Of a stretch of DNA of 24,988 bases, positions 1 through 9,052 are shown piece after piece (positions within the stretch are counted from its first letter, which is position 1; each line of letters starts with the position of its first letter). This DNA comes from Pseudobdellovibrionaceae bacterium. Lineage in GTDB: Bacteria; Bdellovibrionota; Bdellovibrionia; Bdellovibrionales; Bdellovibrionaceae. The stretch lies in assembly GCA_039810425.1 (NCBI GenBank), contig JBDHWW010000041.1, positions 1 to 24,988 on the forward strand, in the 5' to 3' direction. The translations under genes were made by a program, and so were the position numbers. Below the pieces are notes generated by a model. The model worked only from the letters and a program-made list of their open reading frames with translations. It was not told where the DNA came from and searched no databases.

Positions 1-52
1 TTACTCTCAGTGAGGCTGTAAGGGTCTTTCATAAATTAAAAGAGGTGCGTGA

Positions 53-544
53 ATGAAACAACTGGGGTTTGGGTTTATTGGGGACTATAAGAAAGAATTT
101 GGTGGGAGCTTGCTATCTGGGAAAAGGAAAACGGCCCGTCCGCTTTCGCTAAGACATCCGATTCATCTTGTCCTCAAGAGCTCAGGAAGTTCTTGTTTTG
201 TTCCTGGTCATCGTAAGATGGAGTTATTGATAAAGTCCCATGCTAAGAGGTATGGGATTCAACTTTATGAGGTTTCACTGAACTGGTCGCATATTCATTT
301 GTTGGTTAAACTTCCTTCGCGGGACGCTTATTTGGCCTTTATCAGAACCCTGACTTCTTTACTGGTGAGCCTCCTTTCAAAGCTTAAAGGAAGGTCCCTG
401 AAAGGCCTTTTTGATCTTCGCCCTTTTACTAAGATTTTGTCTTGGGGGAGGCAGTTTCGGGCCGTGGTCGCCTATCATGAACTCAATGATTTAGAGGGGC
501 GCGGGCTGCTGGTGAGAAAGAAGAAACCGAAACGCCCGGGATAA
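53..544 (+). mobile_element. Y1/HUH tyrosine transposase (IS200/IS605 TnpA or RAYT-like), solo copy
   Basis: 163 aa with an N-terminal His strand (PIHLVLKS), HUH motif (NWSHIHLLVK) and a C-terminal Tyr in a YxxxN context (VVAYHELN). SD-like AGAGGTG lies upstream. No tnpB follows. Confidence 0.75.
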
Positions 545-630
545 TAGTGGCTGCGAGGCCCTCCCCGGTGCGGGCGCCTTTTAAAACGGAGAGCCATTTT
601 TACATAAATCACGCTTGTTTATCAACAAGA

Positions 631-657
631 ACAATAGGAAGTCACGGTACCTATTGT
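631..657. promoter_or_regulatory. Inverted repeat, putative autoregulatory operator of the XRE/HipA-like module
   Basis: Perfect 8-bp IR ACAATAGG(631-638)-N11-CCTATTGT(650-657), 13 nt upstream of the XRE ATG. A second small IR CTTGTT-N4-AACAAG is at 614-629. Confidence 0.5.
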
Positions 658-670
658 ATCAATTCTAGAC

Positions 671-994
671 ATGCTACCCAAATCAAAAAAAAAGGCAAAA
701 GAGTCGTTAAAAGGCTTAGGTGCTCATATTCGCATGGCTCGAAAAAGACGGCTTTGGACAATTGCTGAGCTTGCAAAAAAAATGAGTGTCTCGGCGCCAA
801 CAATCATCTCCCTTGAAAAAGGCGAGCCCACTGTCAGCGTTGGTGTCTTAGTCTCTGCTCTTTGGACTCTTGGCCTTGAAGGAGAACTCAAAAAGCTGGC
901 AAATCCCGAAGACCAAGAAGGTATTAAATTAATGAACTCAAGACTGCCTAAAAAAATGCGTGCAGGTAAAGGATCTTTAGATAATGATTTCTAA
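671..994 (+). CDS. XRE-family HTH regulator, HipB-like antitoxin
   Basis: Classic XRE HTH (LGAHIRMARKRRLWTIAELAKKMSVSAPTIISLEKGEPTVS). Its stop overlaps the start of a HipA-like ORF. Confidence 0.8.
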   Translation: MLPKSKKKAKESLKGLGAHIRMARKRRLWTIAELAKKMSVSAPTIISLEKGEPTVSVGVLVSALWTLGLEGELKKLANPEDQEGIKLMNSRLPKKMRAGKGSLDNDF

Positions 995-1148
995 GGAATG
1001 CTTCGTAAACATTCATCTTCCCAACTCCATGGAACCCGTCACCGCAGGAAAATTCCGGTGGCAAAAAGAAGGCGCCAATTCCGAGATAGGAACCTTCGTC
1101 TATGGACGCTCTTACTTACAAAACAAGAATAGTATTGCATTAGCCTGA
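984..1148 (+). pseudogene. hipA: Truncated HipA-family toxin (N-terminal 54 aa only)
   Basis: Manual translation from ATG984: MISKECFVNIHLPNSMEPVTAGKFRWQKEGANSEIGTFVYGRSYLQNKNSIALA*. This resembles HipA N-termini (CFV.I.LP...PV.AG...G.FVYGRSYL). It overlaps the XRE gene by 11 nt and no kinase domain follows. Confidence 0.7.
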
Positions 1149-1320
1149 TGATAGGACCTTCCGCGGGGGGCGCGCGCCCAAAAACAACGGTGGGCCATCA
1201 TCTCCAACTGGAGAGGCCTGTATTCGTCCTGGGGAGTGTCCCATGGGGACTTAGCCTTTTTAGAAAATGCGTTTAGTCACTGGGAGACGCTGTAGAAAAA
1301 ACGTCGCCCACCGTAGCGCC

Positions 1321-2103
1321 CTAACCGAAACGTCCTGTGATGTAGTTCTCCGTACGTGTGTCGTTCGGAGTTGTGAAGATCTGATCCGTATCGCCGAACT
1401 CGATCACTTCGCCCAAGTACATGTACGCCGTATAGTCCGCCGTCCGGGCCGCTTGATGCAAGTTATGAGTCACCATCACGATCGTGATTTCTTTCTTAAG
1501 CTCCGTAATCAACTCTTCGATATGCGCCGTTGAAATCGGATCCAACGCACTTGTTGGCTCATCAAGGAGCAAAATCTCAGGCTCCGTCGCTAGCGCTCGC
1601 GCGATACACAAACGCTGCTGCTGACCGCCCGACATGTCCGTTGCGTGCGAATGCAAGCGATCCTTTACTTCATTCCACAGGCCCGCCTGCTGCAGGGATT
1701 TCACCACGCGCTCTTCGATGAAGCTCTTCTTGCGCACGCCGCGGACTTTTAAACCGTACGCCACGTTTTCAAAGATGGTTTTCGGGAAGGGATTTGGCTT
1801 TTGGAAAACCATGCCGATCCGCATGCGCACTTCCATCGGGTCGATCTCTTTCCCCAAGATGTTGCGCGCGCCCGGATGCAGGACGATTTCGCCCTGATAA
1901 TTCGCCGTCGCATAAAGGTCATGCATGCGGTTAAAGCAACGTAAGAGTGTGGTCTTGCCGCAGCCCGAAGGGCCAATCAGTGCCGTCATACGATTTTCAT
2001 AAATAGGCAAAGACACGCTCTTTAAGACCTGCTTCGGGCCATAGAAAAAATTTAAATTTTTAACTTCCGCGCGCAACGACGCCGGCATCTGTTTCGTATT
2101 CAT
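1321..2103 (-). CDS. pstB: Phosphate ABC transporter ATP-binding protein
   Basis: Walker [19 protein letters not shown], signature [14 protein letters not shown], Walker [13 protein letters not shown] and C-terminal YITGRFG. Confidence 0.97.
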   Translation of the reverse strand: MNTKQMPASLRAEVKNLNFFYGPKQVLKSVSLPIYENRMTALIGPSGCGKTTLLRCFNRMHDLYATANYQGEIVLHPGARNILGKEIDPMEVRMRIGMVFQKPNPFPKTIFENVAYGLKVRGVRKKSFIEERVVKSLQQAGLWNEVKDRLHSHATDMSGGQQQRLCIARALATEPEILLLDEPTSALDPISTAHIEELITELKKEITIVMVTHNLHQAARTADYTAYMYLGEVIEFGDTDQIFTTPNDTRTENYITGRFG

Positions 2104-2106
2104 AAA

Positions 2107-3057
2107 TTACCACTTCATCTTCTTGCGAAAACGGTAGCGGATATAAATCGCAACCCCGTTCAGCAGCAAAGTCATCAGGAGCAGGACAATCCCCGTCGCC
2201 GCCGCGTTCACGTGGAACTCCTCTTGCGGCCGCGAAAGCCAGTTAAACATTTGAATCGGCAAAGCCGTGAAAGGATCTTTCAACCACTGGAAACTCACAA
2301 ATGGAAAATCCGGTTTCACCGGCGAAGTTGGAAGGAAGGCCACAAACGTCAAGGCCCCGATCGTGATAATCGGAGCGGTCTCACCGATCGCCCGCGACAA
2401 TGAGATAATCACGCCCGTCATAATGCCACCCGAAGAGTACGGCAAAATATGATGGCGGATGGTCTGCCACTTGCTGGCTCCCACGGCATAGCTTGCCTCG
2501 CGGATTGAGTTCGGGATCGCACGGATCGCTTCACGCGTTGTCACGATCACAATCGGCAGCACCAATAAACCCAACGTGAGACCCGCCGTCAAAATACTGT
2601 GGCCCAGACCCAGTTTGTAAACGAAAATCCCGAGTGCCATCAGGCCAAACGTGATTGATGGAATACCGGCCAGATTCAAAATGTTCAACTCAATCAACTG
2701 GGTCACCCAGTTCTTCGGCGCGTACTCTTCAAGATAAGTACCCGCAGCCACTCCCACCGGAATCGCACAAAATGCGGTGGTCAGCATAATGCAAAGACTC
2801 CCCACCCAGGCCGATAAGATCCCGGCGCGCTCGGCAAAGCGCGAAGGGAAGTTCGTAAAGAATTCGTAAGAAAGCCGTGGCGCCCCCGTCATCGCAAGGT
2901 CCACCACAAGCGCCAACAACGTCAACAAAGCAAAAAGCAAAGACATCAGGCCCGCGAGCGCAAACAAGCGGTCACGGAATTTACGGGCTTTGATATTTCC
3001 TAAAAGTTCTTCCTGACCGGATTCTTTATCCGGCGCAGACGCCGCCAATGAGGACAT
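2107..3057 (-). CDS. pstA: Phosphate ABC transporter permease PstA
   Basis: Multi-TM protein with YLEEY, LAGIPSI.FGL, EAA loop (REASYAVGASKWQTI) and SRAIGETAP; lies between pstC and pstB. Confidence 0.95.
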   Translation of the reverse strand: MSSLAASAPDKESGQEELLGNIKARKFRDRLFALAGLMSLLFALLTLLALVVDLAMTGAPRLSYEFFTNFPSRFAERAGILSAWVGSLCIMLTTAFCAIPVGVAAGTYLEEYAPKNWVTQLIELNILNLAGIPSITFGLMALGIFVYKLGLGHSILTAGLTLGLLVLPIVIVTTREAIRAIPNSIREASYAVGASKWQTIRHHILPYSSGGIMTGVIISLSRAIGETAPIITIGALTFVAFLPTSPVKPDFPFVSFQWLKDPFTALPIQMFNWLSRPQEEFHVNAAATGIVLLLMTLLLNGVAIYIRYRFRKKMKW

Positions 3058-3059
3058 CC

Positions 3060-4004
3060 CTAGCCTCCCGTCTCGGAGTACTTCTTACGAAGCCACATGC
3101 CTAAAATATTAAAACCTAAAGTCACCATCAACAAAGTTAAACCCGCCACATAAATCGAACGATAACCAAGGGAACCATAGGGCAAATCACCCATACTCAC
3201 CTGGACGATAAAGGCCGTGATCGTCGCCGAAGGCTCCAGCGGATTCAGGGTCAAATTCGGCTGAAGCCCCGCCGCAATCGCGACAACCATGGTCTCACCT
3301 AATGCGCGCGAAATCCCCAAAGTGTAAGCCGACGTCACTCCGGAAAACGCCGAAGGAATCACCACCCGGAATACCGTCTGAAAGCGGGACGCCCCCATGG
3401 CAAAAGAAGCTTCGCGAAGATGATTTGCGACACTTCTCATCGCGTCCTCACTGAGAGAACTCACATAGGGCACAATCATGATCCCCATCACAAGGCCCGC
3501 GCTTAACACGTTAAAGCCACCCATCTCAGGAAATATTTTCTGCAAAAGTGGCGTGACAAAAGTCAAAGCAAAGAAGCCATAGACCACGGTCGGAACCGCC
3601 GCCAGCATCTCAAGAATAGGCTTTAGGACTTCACGCGCACGAGGCGCGGAATACTCGCTCAAGTAAGCCGCAGTGATCGTGCCCAGTGGAATTGCCACCA
3701 ACAGTGCAATGATGGTCGTCAAAAAAGTGCCACACAAAAGTGGCCAGATCCCGTAGTGAGCATTGTCAAAAAGCGGAGTCCACTCGGTGTCGCCGAAGAA
3801 CTGCTGGAGACTCACCGTTTCAAAAAACGGAAGCGCTTCTGAAACCAGAGTGAAAACAATCCCCACGGTAACCAGGACACTGGAGGCCGCGGCAGTGAAT
3901 AAAACCGCCTCAATCGACCGCTCCTTAAGACGACGAAGCCGCCGAACCGGGTGGTTGGCGGCGGTAAATTCTGAAAGCTTACGCGAATTATTACTTTTTG
4001 GCAT
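3060..4004 (-). CDS. pstC: Phosphate ABC transporter permease PstC
   Basis: YGIWPLL.GT, AVPTVVYGFF, REASFAMGASR and SRALGETM motifs. Confidence 0.95.
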   Translation of the reverse strand: MPKSNNSRKLSEFTAANHPVRRLRRLKERSIEAVLFTAAASSVLVTVGIVFTLVSEALPFFETVSLQQFFGDTEWTPLFDNAHYGIWPLLCGTFLTTIIALLVAIPLGTITAAYLSEYSAPRAREVLKPILEMLAAVPTVVYGFFALTFVTPLLQKIFPEMGGFNVLSAGLVMGIMIVPYVSSLSEDAMRSVANHLREASFAMGASRFQTVFRVVIPSAFSGVTSAYTLGISRALGETMVVAIAAGLQPNLTLNPLEPSATITAFIVQVSMGDLPYGSLGYRSIYVAGLTLLMVTLGFNILGMWLRKKYSETGG

Positions 4005-4016
4005 CGTCTGTTGTGG

Positions 4017-5009
4017 TTACTGAACAGCTTCTTTTTTCATGAGTTCTTCAATTTTCAAACCGATCTCAGAGTGACCGCCGAAAACCGTTCCCAATTTTTT
4101 CTTTTCGACATGACCCAAAGCCATTTCATACACTTTAGCCGGGAGCGCAACATATTTCACCTCCGGCACGATACCAGGCGCATTTTTCAGGTAGAACTTC
4201 ACAAAGTCCAGAACTTCCGTCTTCTTCAAAGAAGCTTCGCTCACATAGATAAAAATAGGCCGGGAAAGCGGGAAGTAAGTGCCCGTCTCCACCGTTTCTT
4301 TCGTAGGTGTCACGGCCTTGTTTTTCATAGGTGACTTGTCACCGCCCACGACTGGAACTAGTTTCAACTTGCCTTTGCTCTCTTCGTAGTAAGCAAGACC
4401 GGTGTAGGCCAAACCATTTTTATCCGCAGCCACACCGGCGGCGGCGGTGTTGTGGTTCGCGCTGGAGGCATAGTCACCACGGCTGGCTTTCGATTTACCA
4501 ACCACCGCTTCAGTGAAGTAGTCAAATGTTCCGTTGTCAGAGCCAGGACCGAAGAGCTTCAAAGGCTGATCTGGCCATCGAGGATTCACTTGCTTCCAAG
4601 TTGTGATCTTGCCTTGGGCTTCCGGCGCCCACATTTTTTTAAGCTCATCGACCGTGATTTCGTTCAACCAAGTATTTTTTGGATTCACCGTGATTGCGAT
4701 CGCATCGAAAGCCACCGGCAGCTCGATGTATTTGACACCTGCTTTTTTACAAGCTTCCATTTCCGCTGTTTGAATGGGGCGGGACGCATCTTGAATATCC
4801 GTTTCACCCCGGCAGAATTTTTTAAAACCGCCCCCAGTTCCTGAAACGCCGACCGTGACCCGAACTTTCCCCTGTTGTGCCGCTTGAAACTCCTCCGCCA
4901 TCCCTTCAGTAATTGGGAATACCGTGCTCGATCCATCAATACTGATCGTCGACTGAGTTTTCGCGTGAACACCCGTAAACAAAAGAATTGCACCGATGAA
5001 CAATTTCAT
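4017..5009 (-). CDS. pstS: Phosphate-binding periplasmic protein PstS
   Basis: [24 protein letters not shown] and [12 protein letters not shown] motifs. Start moved to ATG 5009 ([10 protein letters not shown], signal peptide) because GAGGTG precedes it. Confidence 0.95.
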   Translation of the reverse strand: MKLFIGAILLFTGVHAKTQSTISIDGSSTVFPITEGMAEEFQAAQQGKVRVTVGVSGTGGGFKKFCRGETDIQDASRPIQTAEMEACKKAGVKYIELPVAFDAIAITVNPKNTWLNEITVDELKKMWAPEAQGKITTWKQVNPRWPDQPLKLFGPGSDNGTFDYFTEAVVGKSKASRGDYASSANHNTAAAGVAADKNGLAYTGLAYYEESKGKLKLVPVVGGDKSPMKNKAVTPTKETVETGTYFPLSRPIFIYVSEASLKKTEVLDFVKFYLKNAPGIVPEVKYVALPAKVYEMALGHVEKKKLGTVFGGHSEIGLKIEELMKKEAVQ

Positions 5010-5056
5010 AGACACCTCGTAAATTTGCAGCCACAGTATCACTGTGATTTTCCTTC

Positions 5057-5078
5057 GTCTTGTTAGGGTTTTATTAGG
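5057..5078 (-). promoter_or_regulatory. Pho-box-like 11-bp direct repeat upstream of pstS
   Basis: Minus strand CCTAATAAAAC CCTAACAAGAC (9/11 identical, 11-bp period), the spacing used by PhoB/OmpR-family regulators, about 50 nt upstream of the pstS start. Confidence 0.55.
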
Positions 5079-5191
5079 ATTATCTCGGGCTGCGTTATCG
5101 TTTTTTACGTCTTATATTGAGTAAAGCGTCTCTCCCAGCGGCCTCTAAAGTAAAATCTCCTTTTCGTGATGAAGCTTTACGATAAGATGTT

Positions 5192-6337
5192 ATGGCAATG
5201 ATGGAAAATAAAGCCTTAGACCACCTGAATCTCTGCTTAAAAACGGCACGCATGGGCGTTTGGGAATCGACCCTTTCTGAAGCTCCTCTGGTGGGAGTTG
5301 ATGTCAAATGGGACGACGAAGTTCGCGCCATGCATGCCATGCCCGAGAACTACAACGGTGATGTGATGGAGTGGTACTTCAAACATCTCCATCCCGATGA
5401 TCTGCCCGGTATCAGCGAAAGGGTCGCTGGTATCTTTGACCGAGCGGCGGTCGGCAGAACGGTTTCATTCAACTACCGGTTCATCTGGCCCAACGGGGAC
5501 CTTCATTACATCGAGATGCATGCCGGCGTTGAAGGCCTTCTCTCCGACGGCAGACTTAAAATTTACGGGCTTGCTCGAGACATCACACAAGATGTTCTTA
5601 GACAAAAACTGATCGAGGATCAAAAGAACCGCCTCTTGAGTGCTTCACGCATGGCGATTCTCGGCGAAATCTCAAGCGGAATCGCGCACGAAATCAACAA
5701 TCCTTTGACGGTCATTCAGGCGCGTTCTTTCCAACTGCAACAGATGTGTGAAAACGGCTCTCTCGATGCGGCAAAGATTAAATTCGCCGCGGAGAGCATC
5801 AGCAAAACCGGCGACAAGATTGCAAAGATCATCAATTCCTTGCGCGCCTTTGCCCACGCTCAAGAGAACGACCCCGTTGATAAGATCAACGTGCAAGAAC
5901 TCATTCAAGAAACTCTCGATTTCTGCAAAGTTCGTTTCTACAATCACGGCATTGATGTGCGCATCGGGAATATTCCCGAGCACCTCGAGTTTGAATGCCG
6001 CCTGACGCAAATCGAAGAAGCTCTGTTAAATATTTTCAACAATGCCCACGATGCCGTTTTGAACCTTTCAGAAAAATGGATTTTGCTCGAAGCCTATGAC
6101 AAAAACCAGGACATCGAGATTCACGTCACCGACTCTGGGCATGGTATTCCTGACGACATCGCCGACAAGATGATGTTGCCGTTTTTCTCGTCAAAAGAAA
6201 TCGGCAAAGGTATGGGCTTGGGACTTTGTATCGCGGCCGAGATCTTAGACAAACATCATGGCAAGCTGTCGTACGATCGCTCGAATCAGAATACTCGGTT
6301 CATTATCAGTATTCCCAAAGTACAGGCTGAACGATGA
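5192..6337 (+). CDS. Cytoplasmic PAS-domain sensor histidine kinase (HisKA + HATPase_c)
   Basis: PAS/PAC (ARMGVWE..., HLHPDD, YRFIWPNG, GLARDIT), H-box IAHEINNPL, N-box LLNIFNNAHDA, G1 DSGHGI, F PFFSSK and G2 GMGLGL. No TM segment is evident. Confidence 0.92.
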   Translation: MAMMENKALDHLNLCLKTARMGVWESTLSEAPLVGVDVKWDDEVRAMHAMPENYNGDVMEWYFKHLHPDDLPGISERVAGIFDRAAVGRTVSFNYRFIWPNGDLHYIEMHAGVEGLLSDGRLKIYGLARDITQDVLRQKLIEDQKNRLLSASRMAILGEISSGIAHEINNPLTVIQARSFQLQQMCENGSLDAAKIKFAAESISKTGDKIAKIINSLRAFAHAQENDPVDKINVQELIQETLDFCKVRFYNHGIDVRIGNIPEHLEFECRLTQIEEALLNIFNNAHDAVLNLSEKWILLEAYDKNQDIEIHVTDSGHGIPDDIADKMMLPFFSSKEIGKGMGLGLCIAAEILDKHHGKLSYDRSNQNTRFIISIPKVQAER

Positions 6338-6939
6338 AACGAAGTCTTTATCTCATTCGCCATGGCCAAACAGATTGGAATGTTCAACGTAAAATGCAGG
6401 GGCACACGAACATCCCCTTGAACGAGACCGGCCGTGATCAGGCGTGCTCGATTCAGAGTTTTTTCCTTAACCATCCCGTTGAAAAAGTCTTTAGCAGTGA
6501 TCTGGATCGCGCGTTTCAAACCGCCGCGATTGCAACAAGCTCAAAGAGCATCATCCCGCTTGAGGGCCTGCGTGAAGTGAACCTTGGCTCGATTGAGGGC
6601 AACACTGAAGCGGAGATCGTTGCCAGGCACGGCATGGAAGCTTGGCAGCGCTGGACTTCTTTAGACTCCCAGGCAAACTATGCGTTTCCAGGTGGCGAAA
6701 CCCACCAACAATCTCTTAAAAGAATCATCGATAGCTTGCAGCATTTGTTTTTGAGCCATGAATTTGAAAAGGCCGCGGCTTGCACCCACGGCCTTTTGAT
6801 TCGCCGCCTGGCCCATCATTTGCGACCGGACTATACAGAGCTATTGCCGATTCCCAATTGCGGGATCTTCGAAGTTGAATGGCAGGCAGGGCGTCTTCAC
6901 TTCTGCGGCCTGGTTCACACCCCTAGCGTATCACGCTAA
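6334..6939 (+). CDS. Histidine phosphatase superfamily (phosphoglycerate mutase-like) protein
   Basis: LYLIRHGQTDWN, SSDL.RA.QTA, LREVNLG..EG, GGE and THG motifs. ATGA overlap with the kinase stop. Confidence 0.92.
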   Translation: MKRSLYLIRHGQTDWNVQRKMQGHTNIPLNETGRDQACSIQSFFLNHPVEKVFSSDLDRAFQTAAIATSSKSIIPLEGLREVNLGSIEGNTEAEIVARHGMEAWQRWTSLDSQANYAFPGGETHQQSLKRIIDSLQHLFLSHEFEKAAACTHGLLIRRLAHHLRPDYTELLPIPNCGIFEVEWQAGRLHFCGLVHTPSVSR

Positions 6940-7477
6940 CGCCCCCGGGATTTGCAACGAGGCCGTTTTTGGTTTGGCGAACCGGCACTCTAAAGACTTT
7001 GCCCGTTTTCATTTTATAAAATGTCTGGGTGGCTTCATCAGAAAGGCTGTTGAAGGTGACTTGTGACTTGCGCGTTTTTGCCGTCGTCTTTTCCGCAAGC
7101 GCCTCGCCGGCCCAACCGCACTCACCGATTTTCAAGTTTTCACCTCGGTCGCCCGCGGGCTTGCGGGCTGAACGGAATTCATAACGGATGTTGTTTTGAT
7201 CAATCAAACCTTGGCCGTTCGTACCCGCGCTCCAATCATAATGAAAACGTTTCTTGCTTGCTTTGCAGATAAGAAAATTATCTACCGACGCTTTCTTCGG
7301 AAGCGTGCGCGTGATTTCGATCGGCACTTCAGGTTTCGCCGTTCCCGCTTCGGCCACGGCGGTTGGCGCCGCCACTGTTGCGGGCGCGCCTGCCGTTACA
7401 GACAAAGTGCTTGCGCATCCGATGAGAGATAATAAGACCGCGGCTGATAACTGAAATTTCAATCCTTGAAAAATCAC
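6923..7477 (-). CDS. Hypothetical lipoprotein
   Basis: GTG start preceded by AGGAG, hydrophobic signal with lipobox LIGC, Ala/Pro/Thr-rich linker, then a small domain with two further Cys. Its 3' end overlaps the convergent phosphatase gene by 17 nt. Confidence 0.7.
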   Translation of the reverse strand: MIFQGLKFQLSAAVLLSLIGCASTLSVTAGAPATVAAPTAVAEAGTAKPEVPIEITRTLPKKASVDNFLICKASKKRFHYDWSAGTNGQGLIDQNNIRYEFRSARKPAGDRGENLKIGECGWAGEALAEKTTAKTRKSQVTFNSLSDEATQTFYKMKTGKVFRVPVRQTKNGLVANPGGVSVIR

Positions 7478-7499
7478 GTGGACTCCTAACGCTAGTAGA

Positions 7500-8243
7500 T
7501 CAAGGTCTATTTTCGCGTAGGTCTTTCAGGGCGTTCAAGCAAAAATAGCTATAAGCTAGACTGGCAAAAGTCGGCACCACGACGAAGGCCAAGGGCAGGT
7601 AGTTCATAAGCCCCAAGATGATACCCAAGACATAGAGATAACCGCGATTTTCACGCACCAGACGTTCGCGCTCCTCTGAGCTCGCGTAATCCTGTAACAC
7701 ATCATAAACAAAAATATTCTTATTTAAATAGGCACTCAGAATCACCGGCACCACGATCGCAAGGCCCGGCAATAGCCACAGCGGTAACGATACCACCAGC
7801 AAGGCGAAATAGATAAAGCCGACTTTGAGGGAGTTCATCACGCTGACAAAGTTACTCCCACCGCGCATTTTTCCCAGATTCGGAAAACTTTTTGCCCCGA
7901 TGATTTTTAGAATAAACGGCAGCAAAACCATCGACACCAGCAAGATCGCCAGCAAATACGAAACCGGCAAGATGACCAACATCGCCAACAAAATCATCAC
8001 GATGGAATACACTGATGACAGCGTCCCTTCACTCAGAATGTGCCATTTTTGGGAAACAAATTCCGAAAGCCACGAGTTTTGAATCGCCCCGGCGGCAGAG
8101 GCGATCCACCAGGTCCCCACCGTGAAGAAAACCATTCCGGCAATTAAAAGAGCCAACAAAAAAGGGACGAACACTAAAACCAAAATCCTAAAATCAAAAC
8201 AGGCTTCGAAGGACTGCCTCAGGGCTCTAAAGACTTTATGCAT
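7500..8243 (-). CDS. EI24/CysZ-like integral membrane protein
   Basis: About 5-6 hydrophobic segments with a pattern typical of the EI24 family (LPLWLLPG...SAYLN...YDVL..YAS.EER; LGIILGLMNYLP). Confidence 0.7.
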   Translation of the reverse strand: MHKVFRALRQSFEACFDFRILVLVFVPFLLALLIAGMVFFTVGTWWIASAAGAIQNSWLSEFVSQKWHILSEGTLSSVYSIVMILLAMLVILPVSYLLAILLVSMVLLPFILKIIGAKSFPNLGKMRGGSNFVSVMNSLKVGFIYFALLVVSLPLWLLPGLAIVVPVILSAYLNKNIFVYDVLQDYASSEERERLVRENRGYLYVLGIILGLMNYLPLAFVVVPTFASLAYSYFCLNALKDLRENRP

Positions 8244-8260
8244 GGAAATTTTGTACTCTG

Positions 8261-9043
8261 TTAGCCGCCGGTTTGCAAGCGAAGGAACTCATCAAGAGCT
8301 GTGCGCAGGCTCTGGGCCATCGTTGAATCCGACGGCAGCCCCCGGGCCAAACTTTCGTAGCCTGGATAACTCTGCGAGGTGATGAATGACAAGATCTTTT
8401 TTGCCGCAGCCTCAGATGAAAACACGCTGCCTTGCCCGAGGAGTTCGCGTAAATAAGCGTGAACGGTGGGCTCTTCTGCAGTCCCCATATAGCGCTTCAT
8501 CTCCTTCATGGTCTGATCGACCAAAAGAGGATCCGTGGTGTCGCCCATGGCTTGAACGATTGCTTGCAGATTCCCTGAAGAAGGCGGGAGGGCCGAAAAC
8601 ATATTCAGGGCCTGCTCTTGAACAAACTCATCATCGCTATTGATAAATTCTAGAGCAAGGGCTTGCATTTCACCAAAGTTCTTAGGATCAACACCGTATT
8701 TTGTACGATAGTCGCCCAAAAGGTTTTTAATCGTTTTCCCCACCGAGAGCCCATAAGATTTTGGATCCGTATCAGGGTGGTCGCATTTCCCGGTGGCATA
8801 GCACTCCTTTGCCTCACGGATTGCTTGAAGCAAAGCTTCGCGGTCCCTGACTGATTTTGGTTTTGGTTTTGGCGTCTCGGGATTCTTTGGCTGTGACGAC
8901 GGCTGACGCCGCATCTTTTGCACGGGCTCAATATCCTCTGGCAATATCACCGTCCCTGCGGGACGGGTGTGCATCTGCCACGCCATGAACAAAACCACCG
9001 CAATAGCACCGATTGTGAGGCTTTTAGAGCTGTCTTTTTTCAT
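8261..9043 (-). CDS. Hypothetical exported/membrane-anchored alpha-helical protein (possibly HEAT-like)
   Basis: N-terminal TM segment (LTIGAIAVVLFMAW), Pro/Lys-rich linker, Cys pair (CYATGKC), then helical segments (DDEFVQEQALNMF). Start is ATG 9043 (SD AGGGGG) or GTG 9049. Confidence 0.7.
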   Translation of the reverse strand: MKKDSSKSLTIGAIAVVLFMAWQMHTRPAGTVILPEDIEPVQKMRRQPSSQPKNPETPKPKPKSVRDREALLQAIREAKECYATGKCDHPDTDPKSYGLSVGKTIKNLLGDYRTKYGVDPKNFGEMQALALEFINSDDEFVQEQALNMFSALPPSSGNLQAIVQAMGDTTDPLLVDQTMKEMKRYMGTAEEPTVHAYLRELLGQGSVFSSEAAAKKILSFITSQSYPGYESLARGLPSDSTMAQSLRTALDEFLRLQTGG

Positions 9044-9052
9044 ACTCACCCC

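Noticed and set aside
547..768. 73-aa ORF between the transposase and XRE gene
   Set aside because: It overlaps the XRE gene out of frame and its operator region, and has no motif.
1156..1166. 11-bp match (ACCTTCCGCGG) to the reverse complement of 24550-24560, suggesting a shared REP
   Set aside because: A single 11-bp match is expected by chance in 25 kb, and the flanks do not align.
5192..6337. Calling the kinase PhoR
   Set aside because: It lacks TM helices and the PhoR-type H-box (SHELRTPL), and there is no adjacent phoB.
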